Assembly (NCBI GenBank): GCA_965198005.1
Contig: CBDAOI010000003.1
Coordinates: forward strand, 288,001-352,000
Source: Spirochaetia bacterium
GTDB lineage: Bacteria; Spirochaetota; Spirochaetia; SZUA-6; Bin103
Direction of reading: 5' to 3'
DNA length: 64,000 nucleotides
The number at the start of each line of letters is the position of its first letter. Within the stretch, counting starts at the first letter, position 1. The notes below the pieces were generated by a model. The model made no database searches. It was given only the letters and a program-made list of their open reading frames with translations, and had not been told where the DNA came from. The translations under genes and the position numbers were made by a program. Of this stretch, positions 19,801-29,711 are shown one piece after another.

Positions 19801-21117
19801 ATGATCGAGTATCTGCGCCTGCGCAACGTCGGTCCGGCACCGGACCTGGAGATGGAGCTCGCCCCGAGGCTCAACCTCATTACCGGCGACAACGGACTGG
19901 GCAAGAGCTTTCTGCTGGATGTGATCTGGTGGGCGCTGACGCGCAAATGGCCGCAGGAAGTGAACCCGCACATGAATGCCGGGTATGCGGCTCGACCCGG
20001 GACGGCCGGCGAGAATGCGACTATCGGGTTTCGCGCACGGGGAAGGAGCAACAGCGCCGAGTACGAGGCTCGGTACGTACCGAGGGATCAAGCATGGGTG
20101 GGGCGTGCCGGAAGACCGTTGCTGCCCGGCTTGGTGATCTACGCTCACACGGACGGGTCGTTCTCGTACTGGGACCCGGCTCGGAACTACTGGCGGCGGC
20201 GCGGCGACGCCGACGTCTCCGAGCGCCGGCCGGCGCAGGTGTTTACTCAGGACGAGGTGTGGAACGGAGCGTACGTGCAGGAGAACGGCCGGCGCGTGCC
20301 GATCTGCAACGGGCTGATCATCGACTGGGCGACCTGGATCAGTGCGCAGAATGACAGCCATACGACGATGAAGGCTGTGATCGAGACGCTCGCGTCGGAT
20401 GGGACCGATGTCCGTGTGGAGCCGGGGACTCTGTCGCGCATCTCCATCGATGACCCCAGGGACATCCCGACCATCCGCACCGGCTACGCCGAAGCGATTC
20501 CCATCCTCCACGCATCTGCCGGGGTCCGCCGCGTTGTCGCGCTGGCCTACATGCTCACGTTGGCTTGGCGCGAACATCGACTGGCCGCCCAACAACTCGG
20601 CGAAGAACCGTGCGACAGCATCGTGTTGCTGATAGATGAGGTAGAGAGCCACCTGCATCCCCGGTGGCAACGGTCCATCCTGAGTTCCCTGAGAGGTGCT
20701 GTACGAGAACTGGGCACGCCAACAGCCGTGCAAATGATCGTCACCACACACTCTCCGTTGGTGCTGGCCTCCGCCGAAGCCTGGTTCGACGACGCACGAG
20801 ACGCTTGGTTAGACCTTGATCTGGAGAACGAGTCGGGGGTCGTGCTCCGGCGCGGGATATATGAACGGCGGGGAGCGGTCGGCCACTGGCTCACGAGCGA
20901 GGCGTTCGACCTGCTCACCGACCGTGGAAGCGTTGAGGCGGAGCAGGTTGTCTTGCGAGCTCGGGAGTTGCTCAGTGCCGAGGGGCCTTCGCTCGAAGAG
21001 GTGGAAGAGGTAAGCCGTGAGCTTGGTCAAGTCCTAGCCGAGTGTGACCCCTTCCTCGCTGGGTGGGGTCACTTTCGGGAGCTGCTGAGGGAAAAACGCG
21101 CCCCCGGGCCGTCGTGA
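19801..21117 (+). CDS. ABC-type ATPase (PtuA/AAA_21-like)
   Basis: GDNGLGKS, ASAGVRR, LIDEVESHLHPRWQ, TTHSP. Confidence 0.88.
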   Translation: MIEYLRLRNVGPAPDLEMELAPRLNLITGDNGLGKSFLLDVIWWALTRKWPQEVNPHMNAGYAARPGTAGENATIGFRARGRSNSAEYEARYVPRDQAWVGRAGRPLLPGLVIYAHTDGSFSYWDPARNYWRRRGDADVSERRPAQVFTQDEVWNGAYVQENGRRVPICNGLIIDWATWISAQNDSHTTMKAVIETLASDGTDVRVEPGTLSRISIDDPRDIPTIRTGYAEAIPILHASAGVRRVVALAYMLTLAWREHRLAAQQLGEEPCDSIVLLIDEVESHLHPRWQRSILSSLRGAVRELGTPTAVQMIVTTHSPLVLASAEAWFDDARDAWLDLDLENESGVVLRRGIYERRGAVGHWLTSEAFDLLTDRGSVEAEQVVLRARELLSAEGPSLEEVEEVSRELGQVLAECDPFLAGWGHFRELLREKRAPGPS

Positions 21118-21746
21118 TACGAGTCGCGCCACAGCCAGAACCGGGCCACTTCCACCGGGAGGTTCGGGAGCCGGGATCGTGGGCCATCGCGGAGCTGGTT
21201 GGCGAACAATCGTCACGCTCGCAAGGCCGCCGGCTCCATCAGGTCGCGTCGTCGCGGGAAGACATACCTGGCGACGCGTTCCCACGCTACTGGAGGAATG
21301 TTCGCGGCGATCTGCGAGAGAAGTACAACTGCGTCTGCGCGTTCTCGGGGATGCGTATCGAGCCTACCGCCGATTTCACGGTGGATCACATGGTACCCAA
21401 GTCGAGGAGTTGGCGGCTGGTGTACGAGTGGTGCAACTACCGCCTCTCCTGCTTGCGGATGAACCGGAAGAAGAGGGAATACACAGACGTGCTCGATCCG
21501 TTCTGCATCGACGACGCGTGGTTCGTGATGGATATCGTGGAGTTCCGCGTACACCCGGCCGCCGCCCTCGACGAACACCGGAAGCAGAGCGTGGCGGCTT
21601 CCATCAACCGCTTGGGCCTGAATGACCTCGACTGGTGTGAAACACGCCGCCAGCATGTTGAGCAGTACCGCGAACACCGGCGGTTGCGCATCGTGGAGCA
21701 CCTATTCCCGTTCGTGGCCAAGGAGATCCGCCGCCTCGGTCTATAG
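21114..21746 (+). CDS. HNH-family nuclease (PtuB-like partner)
   Basis: CAFS..TVDHMVPKS..YEWCNYRLSCLRMNRKK; GTGA overlap with ATPase stop. Confidence 0.8.
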   Translation: MIRVAPQPEPGHFHREVREPGSWAIAELVGEQSSRSQGRRLHQVASSREDIPGDAFPRYWRNVRGDLREKYNCVCAFSGMRIEPTADFTVDHMVPKSRSWRLVYEWCNYRLSCLRMNRKKREYTDVLDPFCIDDAWFVMDIVEFRVHPAAALDEHRKQSVAASINRLGLNDLDWCETRRQHVEQYREHRRLRIVEHLFPFVAKEIRRLGL

Positions 21747-21888
21747 TTCGAGCCCGAGAGCGGACAGCCGTTCGACGAGTCGTTTCGACACGTCCGGACG
21801 ATTCCCCATCTTCATGACTGGCACGGCGCGGCCGAAATGAACCTGCTGTTCGCTACCGGTGTAATCGGATGAGCGGTTACGGGGTTCC

Positions 21889-22593
21889 TCAGGTGCGGGC
21901 GAACAGGTAGGCGCGGTTGCGGCGGCCCACCAACTCGAGGGCGCCCATGCGGCGCAGCGCGTAGGTCATCATGCCGGCCAGCGACGCGGGCATGGCGCCG
22001 GCCGCGGCCAGGGAGCGGTTGGTGAACGGCTCCTCCAGGTGCGGCGGCAGCAGGCGAGCGAAGTCGGCCGGGGTGTGGAAGCGGCGCCGCTCGCACACCG
22101 CCAGCAGCCGGGTGTCGACCACGCTGATGCCGCGCCGCCGCCAACTGCCGTGGCCGTCGGCGCAGCGCAGTTCCTCTACCTCGACCAGCAGCACCTCCAG
22201 GCTGAAGTTGGGGTTGCCGATCAGGTGGGGGATCCGCACCAGCTCGACGAACAGGTCGCGGTAGGCACCGCGCTTCGGCGACGCCCGCCGGCGCAGCACG
22301 CGGCCGTCCGGGCCGGTGGTCACGACCCACTTGCGCTGCGCGACGGGATGCACCAGCCGTACGCGGTGGCCGCTGACCAGCCGCGTCAACTTGCGCGCCA
22401 GCTTTCCGAAGCTGCCGGTCTGAATCTCGATCAGGGTGCCGCACCGCACCAGGTCGATGACGCAGCCCTCCAGCGGCACCTCGGCGCGGTCGCCGGGCAG
22501 CGCGTACCAGCGTTTGAGCGCCGCGTGCAGCGACCGCTCCCGCAGCTCACCGATGGCATTTACAACGGGAGTCGCGGCGACCACGTCCGACAT
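21889..22593 (-). CDS. Hypothetical PD-(D/E)XK nuclease-fold protein (intact copy 2)
   Basis: ERSLHAALK, VIDLV..IEIQT motif; SD GGAGG. Confidence 0.72.
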   Translation of the reverse strand: MSDVVAATPVVNAIGELRERSLHAALKRWYALPGDRAEVPLEGCVIDLVRCGTLIEIQTGSFGKLARKLTRLVSGHRVRLVHPVAQRKWVVTTGPDGRVLRRRASPKRGAYRDLFVELVRIPHLIGNPNFSLEVLLVEVEELRCADGHGSWRRRGISVVDTRLLAVCERRRFHTPADFARLLPPHLEEPFTNRSLAAAGAMPASLAGMMTYALRRMGALELVGRRNRAYLFART

Positions 22594-22774
22594 GGTTCCT
22601 CCCGCTTACCATTATCGGCTGCGCGTTGGGCCGGCTGCCGCGAGCCCCGCACCCTCTGATAATCCTCTGATATAGTAGATTGAGGACAGCTCTGGTCTCT
22701 CGGATTGCTATCTGCTCCGTGGCCATTGCAAGAGTTGCGGAGTTGCGAACAATCTTGAGCAAAGGGGCCGAGAA

Positions 22775-23277
22775 GTGAGTGATTTGCCGACCTATGTCCT
22801 GGAGCGGGCATTCGATGCGCCGCGCGACCTGGTATGGAGGGCCTGGACCGAGCCGGATCTGCTGGCGCGCTGGTACGGGCCGAACGTGGAGACGATCAAC
22901 CACCGCCATGAGCTGAAGCCGGGCGGGTGGTGGCTGTGCGAGATGCGGTGGGGCGGCAACTCGCACCATCAGAAGGCCGAGTTCACCGAGGTGGCCGCGC
23001 CGGAGCGGCTGGTGTGGCTGCACTCGAATACGGACGCGGACTGGAACGTCGCGCCCTCTCCCATGATGCCCAACTGGCCGCTGGTCCTGCTGACCACGGT
23101 CACGTTCGCCGAGGATGGCGGCCGGACCCGCGTGCGCCTGACCTGGGTGCCGCACGAGGCGAGCGACGCCGAGACCGCGCGTTCGGCGCCGCCCTGGGCG
23201 GCCTCGACCAGGGCTGGGGCGCCGGCATGGAACTCCTCAAGGAGCTGCTGGCCGAACTGCAAGCGACGCCCGGATAA
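22775..23277 (+). pseudogene. SRPBCC/AHSA1 protein copy 1, frameshift near 23177
   Basis: ERAFDAPRDLVWRAWTEPDLLARWYGP; C-terminus GGLDQGWGAGMELL in another frame. Confidence 0.85.
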
Positions 23278-23293
23278 GGGCTCGCCGCACGGA

Positions 23294-23698
23294 TCACGCG
23301 CGCCGGATGCGGACACCCGGCGAGCCGCCGCAGGTCGAACTGGGTCCATCAGCCATCGCACTGGAAGCGCGTGCGCGTACAAGCTCCAGCATGGGGTCAA
23401 GGCCGAGGGCGTCGGCCCACGCGCGTACGAATTCCAGTGTCGGGTTGCTGTCGAATCGTTCGGCCCTTGCGACAGCCTGCTGCGAGCAACCGAGTCGAGT
23501 CGCGAGGCTCTGTTGTGTAAACCCTGCGGTTTCCCGCGCCTCGCGCAGCAGGAATCCGGGAGGATCAACCTCCCATGACGGAATCATCTCCCATTGGCGA
23601 AGTACTCTCCATTCCCCGTAGTGTCGAGGCTTTCGCCTACGCAGACGTGTCGGTGGGAGCGTAGCTCGCTGGGAACATCGAGCCTCGTAGGTTCTCAT
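23294..23698 (-). CDS. XRE-family HTH protein (start uncertain)
   Basis: LREARETAGFTQQSLATRLGCSQQAVARAE..NPT. Confidence 0.7.
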   Translation of the reverse strand: MRTYEARCSQRATLPPTRLRRRKPRHYGEWRVLRQWEMIPSWEVDPPGFLLREARETAGFTQQSLATRLGCSQQAVARAERFDSNPTLEFVRAWADALGLDPMLELVRARASSAMADGPSSTCGGSPGVRIRRA

Positions 23699-23861
23699 GG
23701 TGGATTCAAAGCGTTGTAACCGTCGATCTCGGATCGCCAGTATTGCCATGCAGCAAGACTCGTGGCATGGAGCCCGCCCTTCGCAAGAGCTCCGTCTCAC
23801 GTACAGTCATAGTCAGTGCTGTCATTCTTGCGACAGGCACCGGGCCAGCTTTCTTCGCCCA

Positions 23862-24215
23862 TTATCCTTGCAAGTGCGAACGTATGAAATCGCTCACGGC
23901 ATCTTTGACATGTTCCTCTACGGACTTTAGAATCGACTCTCGATTATCCAATCCAAATGAAGCATAATCCTGTGCAAGCCCCCAAATGACGTCTCTGTCT
24001 ATCGTCATGAAACTAACGTCAATTGAGTACAGGTGCGAGTTGCCGACACTCGGCTCTTGTTTTCCACAAGTTACACTAATCTGAAGCCAAAGGTAGTTTT
24101 CTTCTGAGGCTATAGCCTTTCGCTCAGCTATGATACGGCTGAGTGTGATTGTGTCGGTGCTTTTCTCGAATGGACAATCGCGGCCAACACCTACGTTGTA
24201 TTCTAACGTATCAGG
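23862..24215 (-). pseudogene. Low-GC hypothetical gene, 5' end replaced
   Basis: Open frame with AT-richer composition fused to a nuclease-gene fragment; no own start. Confidence 0.45.
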
Positions 24216-24217
24216 CG

Positions 24218-24416
24218 CTCCAGGTGGGCAGCGGCAGCAGGCGAGCGAAGTCGGCCGGGGTGTGGAAGCGTCGCCGCTCGCACACCGCCAGCAGCCGGGT
24301 GTCGACCACGCTGATGCCGCACCGCCGCCAACTGCCGCGGCCGTCGGCGCAGCGCAGTCCTCCGCCTCGACCAGCAGCACCTCCAGGCTGACGTTGGGGT
24401 TGCCGATCAGGTGCGG
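24218..24416 (-). pseudogene. Copy 3 (internal fragment) of the PD-(D/E)XK-like gene
   Basis: Near-identical to about 22033-22230 with small indels. Confidence 0.88.
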
Positions 24417-24499
24417 CAGACGGCCCTGGTGGTCGGGTGGCGGTTTACGCCATGGCCTGTTGGAAGGGTCGCGAACACGTTGAACAAAGGGGCCGAGAA

Positions 24500-24981
24500 G
24501 TGAGTGATTTGCCGACCCATGTCCTGGAGCGGGCATTCGATGCGCCGCGCGACCTGGTATCGAGGGCCTGGACCGAGCCGGATCTGCTGGCACGCCGGTA
24601 CGGGCCGAACGTAGAGACGATCAACGACCGCCATGAACTGAAGCCGGGCGGGCGGTGGCTGTGCGAGATGCGGTGGGCCGGCAACTCGCACCATCGGAAG
24701 GCCGAGTTCACCGAGCTGCCGCGCCGGAGCGACTGGTGTGGCTGCACTCAAGTACGGATGCGGACTGGAACGTCGCGCCCTCTCCCCTGATGCCCAACTG
24801 GCCGCTGGTCCTGCTGACCACGGTCACGTTCGCCGAGGATGGCGGCCGGACCCGCGTGCGCCTGACCTGGGTGCCGCACGAGGCGAGCGACGCCGAGATC
24901 ACCGCGTTCGGCGCCGTCCTGGGCGGCCTTGACCAGGGCTGCGGCCCCGGCATGAAGTTCACGTCGCATGACGCATCATGA
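24500..24981 (+). pseudogene. SRPBCC protein copy 2, frameshift near 24715, altered 3' end
   Basis: Colinear with copy 1 including upstream caaaggggccgagaagtgagtgatttgccgacc. Confidence 0.88.
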
Positions 24982-25089
24982 GACCCCGGTTGGGGGGCCA
25001 AGCGTGACCGCGACGGCGACGAGAACCTCTGAGTCCTTGCGCGCTCGATTCATCAGTCAGATCATGAGTCCACTCGCACGAGCACGTTG

Positions 25090-25410
25090 CTACGCGTAGA
25101 ATGGTGCTCCCAGGAGGATCGAGTCAGTAACCATCTTGTCACGATAAGCAATCAGATTTTCGCCGAGTTTCTTCGCTTCTATGCCGGCCCACGGCGTTTC
25201 GTCCTCTTGCAGCAAGGCATAATCGATCTTGTTACCAGCAACGTCATACTCTAACCTCACCCGCCGCGGATCCTCCGGATTCCATCCAAGAATGCGTAGC
25301 AACGGGTCGACTAATGACACCCTGGTGCTGGTTTCATTCGTGAAGCTCGTCCCATCATCGCTGATTGAACTGCGGAGTCGCTCTATTTCCTCGATCAGTT
25401 CTTGCAACAT
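25090..25410 (-). pseudogene. HsdR_N-like restriction nuclease N-terminal domain, truncated
   Basis: NETSTRVSLVDPLLRILGW..EY..IDYAL..IEAKKLG; SD AAGGAG; lower GC. Confidence 0.7.
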
Positions 25411-25522
25411 ATGGTTCAATTCTCCTTGTCCGTAAGCTGCATCCACAATACCGACGATGGTACTGTCCGGTGCAGGTGGACACATTGGGTTAATTGATAC
25501 GGATCAATACGTAGATCACTCA

Positions 25523-25580
25523 CCTCGCGCAGCAGGTATCCGGGAGGATTCACCTCCCACGTCCGAATGATCTCCCATTG
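25523..25580 (-). pseudogene. 58-bp remnant of a second XRE-HTH gene copy
   Basis: QWEIIRTWEVNPPGYLLRE vs QWEMIPSWEVDPPGFLLRE at 23539-23596. Confidence 0.75.
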
Positions 25581-25663
25581 TATTGCTCCTTCCCACGGAA
25601 TCAAGTGTCCTTCGTCGGTGCGTTGGTCGGCCCCGGAGATAGAGATGGACCACGCTCCGCGGC

Positions 25664-26554
25664 TCATCCTCTACTAATAGCGGCGAGCGGCGCTCGCAGG
25701 CGGGTCTCGTCCCAGGCTTGGCGGGTGAAGGTGCGGTAGGTCACGGGGGTGCGGCAGGTGCGGCAGACGGCGCGGCGGCGGCGGGTGTTGGCGCGCTCGG
25801 TCCACCCGCACCGGCGGCATGAGACGAGGTAGCGGGACGGGGCGAAGTCGAGGGAGTGGCAGCGGTTGCCGGTGCAGCCGATGGCACGCGCCGCCGCCTT
25901 CCAGAGGCGGTCGTGGCCGTGCTCCGGGCCGACCATGGCGTGTGCGATCTCGTGCAGGACGGTCTCCCGGATCTCCTCGGCGGTTGCGCGCAGGCAATAG
26001 AGGCGCGACAGGCCGATCAACCTGAGCGCCGCGTTGCAGCTTCCGGCGCGGCAGGAGGCATCGTCGAGCTGCAGGCTCCAGCCGGCGAGTCCGTGGGCGG
26101 CGATCAACTGCTCGGCGCGCCGGGCGACGGCGGCCAGGCGCCGCTCATCGTCCCGTTCGGCGGCGCCCGGCGCTTTCCGCAGCTTTCCGTACGGCACCTG
26201 AAACTCCAGGCCGTCGGCGCACACGACGTGCGCCCGGCTGGGCCCGAGCCGGGCGATCACGCCCGCCCGTACCGCCGACCCGTGTTCGAACCGGATCTCG
26301 TCCTCCACCCGGAAGCGGGCCTTGAGCCGGTCGTTGCGGGTGGCGACCCGGCGCCGGCCGCCGGCCGGCCACGGCGCCAGCAGGGCCCACGGGACGCGGT
26401 ATTCGCCGCCCTCCGGGGTCACCACGACGGCAACCCGGCGCTGTTTCCTGGCCACGTGTCCGGTTATCGGCGCGCCGCCCGCACCGGCGGCGCCGGCGCG
26501 CGCAAACTGCACCGGATCGAACACTGCAAACGTGACGGACGTGGCGCCGGTCAC
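25664..26554 (-). CDS. SprT-like Zn metalloprotease with N-terminal beta-rich repeats
   Basis: TVLHEIAHA, HGHDRLWK, CRRC..CRTC; GTGA overlap with nadE. Confidence 0.82.
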   Translation of the reverse strand: MTGATSVTFAVFDPVQFARAGAAGAGGAPITGHVARKQRRVAVVVTPEGGEYRVPWALLAPWPAGGRRRVATRNDRLKARFRVEDEIRFEHGSAVRAGVIARLGPSRAHVVCADGLEFQVPYGKLRKAPGAAERDDERRLAAVARRAEQLIAAHGLAGWSLQLDDASCRAGSCNAALRLIGLSRLYCLRATAEEIRETVLHEIAHAMVGPEHGHDRLWKAAARAIGCTGNRCHSLDFAPSRYLVSCRRCGWTERANTRRRRAVCRTCRTPVTYRTFTRQAWDETRLRAPLAAISRG

Positions 26555-28194
26555 GAGACCTCGTGGATCTCGCGCGCGATGGGGAAGCGGCGGCCGGTAC
26601 CGAAGGCGCGCGCGGAGACCTTGAGGATGACGGGCGCTTGGCGGCGCTTGTACTCCGCGCGGCCCACGCGGCGCAGGACGTCGACCACGGTGGCGTCGTC
26701 GAAGCCGCGGGCGACGATCTCGCCGCGGGTGAGGTTGTCGATCACGTAGAGCTGCAGGATGCGGTCGAGCAGCTCGTAGTCGGGCAGGGAGTCCTGGTCG
26801 GTCTGGCCCGGGCGCAGCTCGGCCGAGGGCGGTTTGCTCAGCGTGGCCGCGGGGATGATCTCGCAGTCCCGGTTGATGGCGCGGGCGAGCGCGTACACCT
26901 CGGTCTTGAGCAGGTCGCCGATCGGCGCCAGCCCGCCGCACAGATCGCCGTACAGGGTGGAGTAGCCGGTGGCCAGTTCCGACTTGTTGCCGGTGGCGAG
27001 CAGGATGGAGCCGGTCTTGTTGGAGAACGCCATCATCAGCATGCCGCGGATGCGCGCCTGCAGGTTTTCTTCGGTAACGTCCGGCGCGGCGCCGGCGAAC
27101 ACCGGGGCCAGGGCGCGTTCGTAGCCGGCGTAGAGCTCCTCGATGGAGATGGTATGCAGCGGCACACCGAGCCGTTCGCACAGCCGCGCCGCGTCGGTCG
27201 TGCTCCCGGTCGACGAGTACATCGAGGGCAGCGAGAACGCGGTTACCCGGTCGGGGCCGAGGGCGCGCGCCGCCAGCGCGGCGACCAGCGCCGAATCGAT
27301 GCCGCCGGAGACCGCCAGGTGCACGCGTTCGTGGCGGGTCTTGCGCAGGTAGTCGGCGATCCCCATCCCCAGGGCGCGCTCCAGCTCGGCCCAGCCGTCC
27401 GCGTTGGCCGCCACCGCCGCACCCGGCGCGGCGCTGTCCCACACCGTCAGCTCCTCCCGGTAGCCGGCGCACTGCAGCACCAGCTCGCCGCCGGCACCGG
27501 TGACGAACGACTGGCCGTCGAACAGCAGGCCGTCGTTGCCGCCCACCATGTTGACGTAGACCACCGGCACGCCGGCGGTGGCGCCGACGTGCTCCAGCAG
27601 CCGGCGCCGCACCCGCGGCTTGCCGCGGTGGTAGGGGGAGGCGGACGGCGCCAGCAGCAGCGTGGCGCCGGCGTCCAGGCAGTCGCGCACCGGGTCGACC
27701 GCGTAGCGCCCGCCGGGGTCGGGATCGGTTTCCCACCAGAGGTCCTCGCAGATGGTCAGTCCGATGCGTTCGCCCCCGAATTCTACCGTGCGCCGCTCCG
27801 CCGCGGGCTGGAAGTAACGCGCCTCGTCGAACACGTCGTAGGTGGGCAGCAGGGTCTTGGCCTGGGTATGCAGCAGGCGCCCCTCGGCGAGCAGGCTGGC
27901 GGCGTTGACCAGGCGCTTGCCGGTGCCGCTGCGGTTGCGGTCGACGTAGCCGATCACCGCCCCCAGGCCGGCCGGCATGGCGCGCTGGATGCGGCGCAGC
28001 GCCTTGAGGTTCTCCTCCACGAAGGAGGCGTGGTCGAGCAGGTCCATGGGCGGGTAGCCGCACAGGCACAGCTCCGGGAACACCACCAGCTCGGCGCCCA
28101 GCGCGCGCGCCTCCGCCAGCCGCGCGAGGATCAGCGCGCTGTTGCCGGCAAAGTCGCCGACGGTAGGGTTGATCTGGGCTAACGCGATTCGCAT
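26551..28194 (-). CDS. nadE: Glutamine-dependent NAD+ synthetase
   Basis: MRIALAQIN, FPEL, ICEDLW, SGGIDS, ATGNKSE, PPSAEL. Confidence 0.96.
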   Translation of the reverse strand: MRIALAQINPTVGDFAGNSALILARLAEARALGAELVVFPELCLCGYPPMDLLDHASFVEENLKALRRIQRAMPAGLGAVIGYVDRNRSGTGKRLVNAASLLAEGRLLHTQAKTLLPTYDVFDEARYFQPAAERRTVEFGGERIGLTICEDLWWETDPDPGGRYAVDPVRDCLDAGATLLLAPSASPYHRGKPRVRRRLLEHVGATAGVPVVYVNMVGGNDGLLFDGQSFVTGAGGELVLQCAGYREELTVWDSAAPGAAVAANADGWAELERALGMGIADYLRKTRHERVHLAVSGGIDSALVAALAARALGPDRVTAFSLPSMYSSTGSTTDAARLCERLGVPLHTISIEELYAGYERALAPVFAGAAPDVTEENLQARIRGMLMMAFSNKTGSILLATGNKSELATGYSTLYGDLCGGLAPIGDLLKTEVYALARAINRDCEIIPAATLSKPPSAELRPGQTDQDSLPDYELLDRILQLYVIDNLTRGEIVARGFDDATVVDVLRRVGRAEYKRRQAPVILKVSARAFGTGRRFPIAREIHEVS

Positions 28195-28217
28195 CGCCGG
28201 CGCCGCTGCCGCGCGAT

Positions 28218-28291
<74 letters not shown>

Positions 28292-28398
28292 GTGGTGCGT
28301 GCAGACCCTATACCCATAGCAGGAGTTGCGGGGGTGGCTCAAGCGCCCCGCGTGCGCCGGGGCACCGGCGTGCCGGGGCGCCCACTGGCCGCGCGGCT

Positions 28399-29049
28399 CT
28401 ACCGCTCGACCTGGCGCTGGCCCGCCGGCAACCCCAACTGCCTCAGCCGTTGCTGGGTCGCCGCCACGCTGCGTTCGTCCAGGCCGGGAATGACCACCCG
28501 CGTCACCGTCCCCGCCTGCTCCTCGACCACCGTGAACCCGGCGCCGCGCAGGCGTCCGGCCAGCCGCCGCGCGTTGTCGGCGTGCGCGAACGCGCCCACC
28601 TGGATCCGGTAGGTCGCGGGCGGATCGCCGCCGCGCACCACCTCCAGCCGCACCGGCGCGGTGCCGGTGCGCACCAGGTCCAGGTCGCGCGCCGCCCCCA
28701 TCGACAAGTCGATGATGCGGTCCTTCACGAACGGGCCGCGGTCGTTGATCCGCACTACCGTCGAGGCGCCGGTGCGGAGGTGGATCACGCGCACCACGGT
28801 GTTGAACGGCAACGTCCGATGCGCCGCGGTGTGGCCGTGCATGTCGTAGGTCTCGCCGTTGGCGGTGGCGCGACCGTGAAACTCCGCCCCGTACCAGGAG
28901 GCGACCCCCTCGGCGCGGCCGGCACCCGCACCGGCACCGGGCGCGTTCCCGGCCTGCCCCGACGCACCGCTCCCGTCCCAGGTCGCGCAGCTCACCGCGC
29001 CGCACAGCAGGTAGACCGCCAGCCCCAGCCCCGACAGGACGCACTTCAT
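28399..29049 (-). CDS. rlpA: Septal ring lytic transglycosylase RlpA lipoprotein with SPOR domain
   Basis: ASWYG, TAAHRTLPF, RINDRGPF, IQVGAF; lipobox-like AVSC. Confidence 0.92.
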   Translation of the reverse strand: MKCVLSGLGLAVYLLCGAVSCATWDGSGASGQAGNAPGAGAGAGRAEGVASWYGAEFHGRATANGETYDMHGHTAAHRTLPFNTVVRVIHLRTGASTVVRINDRGPFVKDRIIDLSMGAARDLDLVRTGTAPVRLEVVRGGDPPATYRIQVGAFAHADNARRLAGRLRGAGFTVVEEQAGTVTRVVIPGLDERSVAATQQRLRQLGLPAGQRQVER

Positions 29050-29138
29050 CCTTTAGAGTATCGGAAGAGTATCGGAACCAGCGGAACCACCGGCCGGCAC
29101 ATTGGCGTATACTGAGCGCAACCCGACCGGAGGGCCTG

Positions 29139-29630
29139 ATGCTGCAACATCTCATTTTCGCCTACCGTTTCAATCTCGACCGTGCGCGCGTGCTGGTCAG
29201 TGACCTGTCGGACGAGCAGATGGTCCTGCAGCCGCACGGCGTCATCAACCATCCCGCCTGGACGCTGGGCCACTTGGCGGCGACGTCGAACAGCCTGGCG
29301 GGGCTGCTCGGGCTGGAATCCACGTTCCCTGACGCGTGGCGGGACGCGTGCCGGACCGGCGGCACACCCGACGGCGACGCCGCCGCGTTCCCGTCGAAAG
29401 GGCAGCTCCTGGAACAGCTCGCGCACCAGCACGAACGGGTCGGCGGCGCGATCGAGACCGCCGATCCCGCGCTGTTCGCCCGCGAACACCCGCATCCCGG
29501 CGCGCGTGCCCGGTTTCCCACGATCGGCGACACCGCCGCGTTCCTGATGTCGGTGCACGAGGCCAACCACCTCGGGCAGATCACCGCTTGGCGGCGCGCC
29601 GTGGGCCTGGGACCGGCGACCGGTCATTAG
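29139..29630 (+). CDS. DinB family protein
   Basis: NHPAWTLGHL, HEANHLGQI. Confidence 0.88.
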   Translation: MLQHLIFAYRFNLDRARVLVSDLSDEQMVLQPHGVINHPAWTLGHLAATSNSLAGLLGLESTFPDAWRDACRTGGTPDGDAAAFPSKGQLLEQLAHQHERVGGAIETADPALFAREHPHPGARARFPTIGDTAAFLMSVHEANHLGQITAWRRAVGLGPATGH

Positions 29631-29711
29631 GAGGCGGTCGGAATGCGACAGATGGGCCGACGGATAGGCCGACGGCAACGCCGCGCGACGGCCGGTTCGA
29701 GGCGCTAGTGC

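Noticed and set aside
19716-21886. Retron (type I-A ATPase+HNH)
   Set aside because: No reverse transcriptase motif or msr-msd structure seen nearby.
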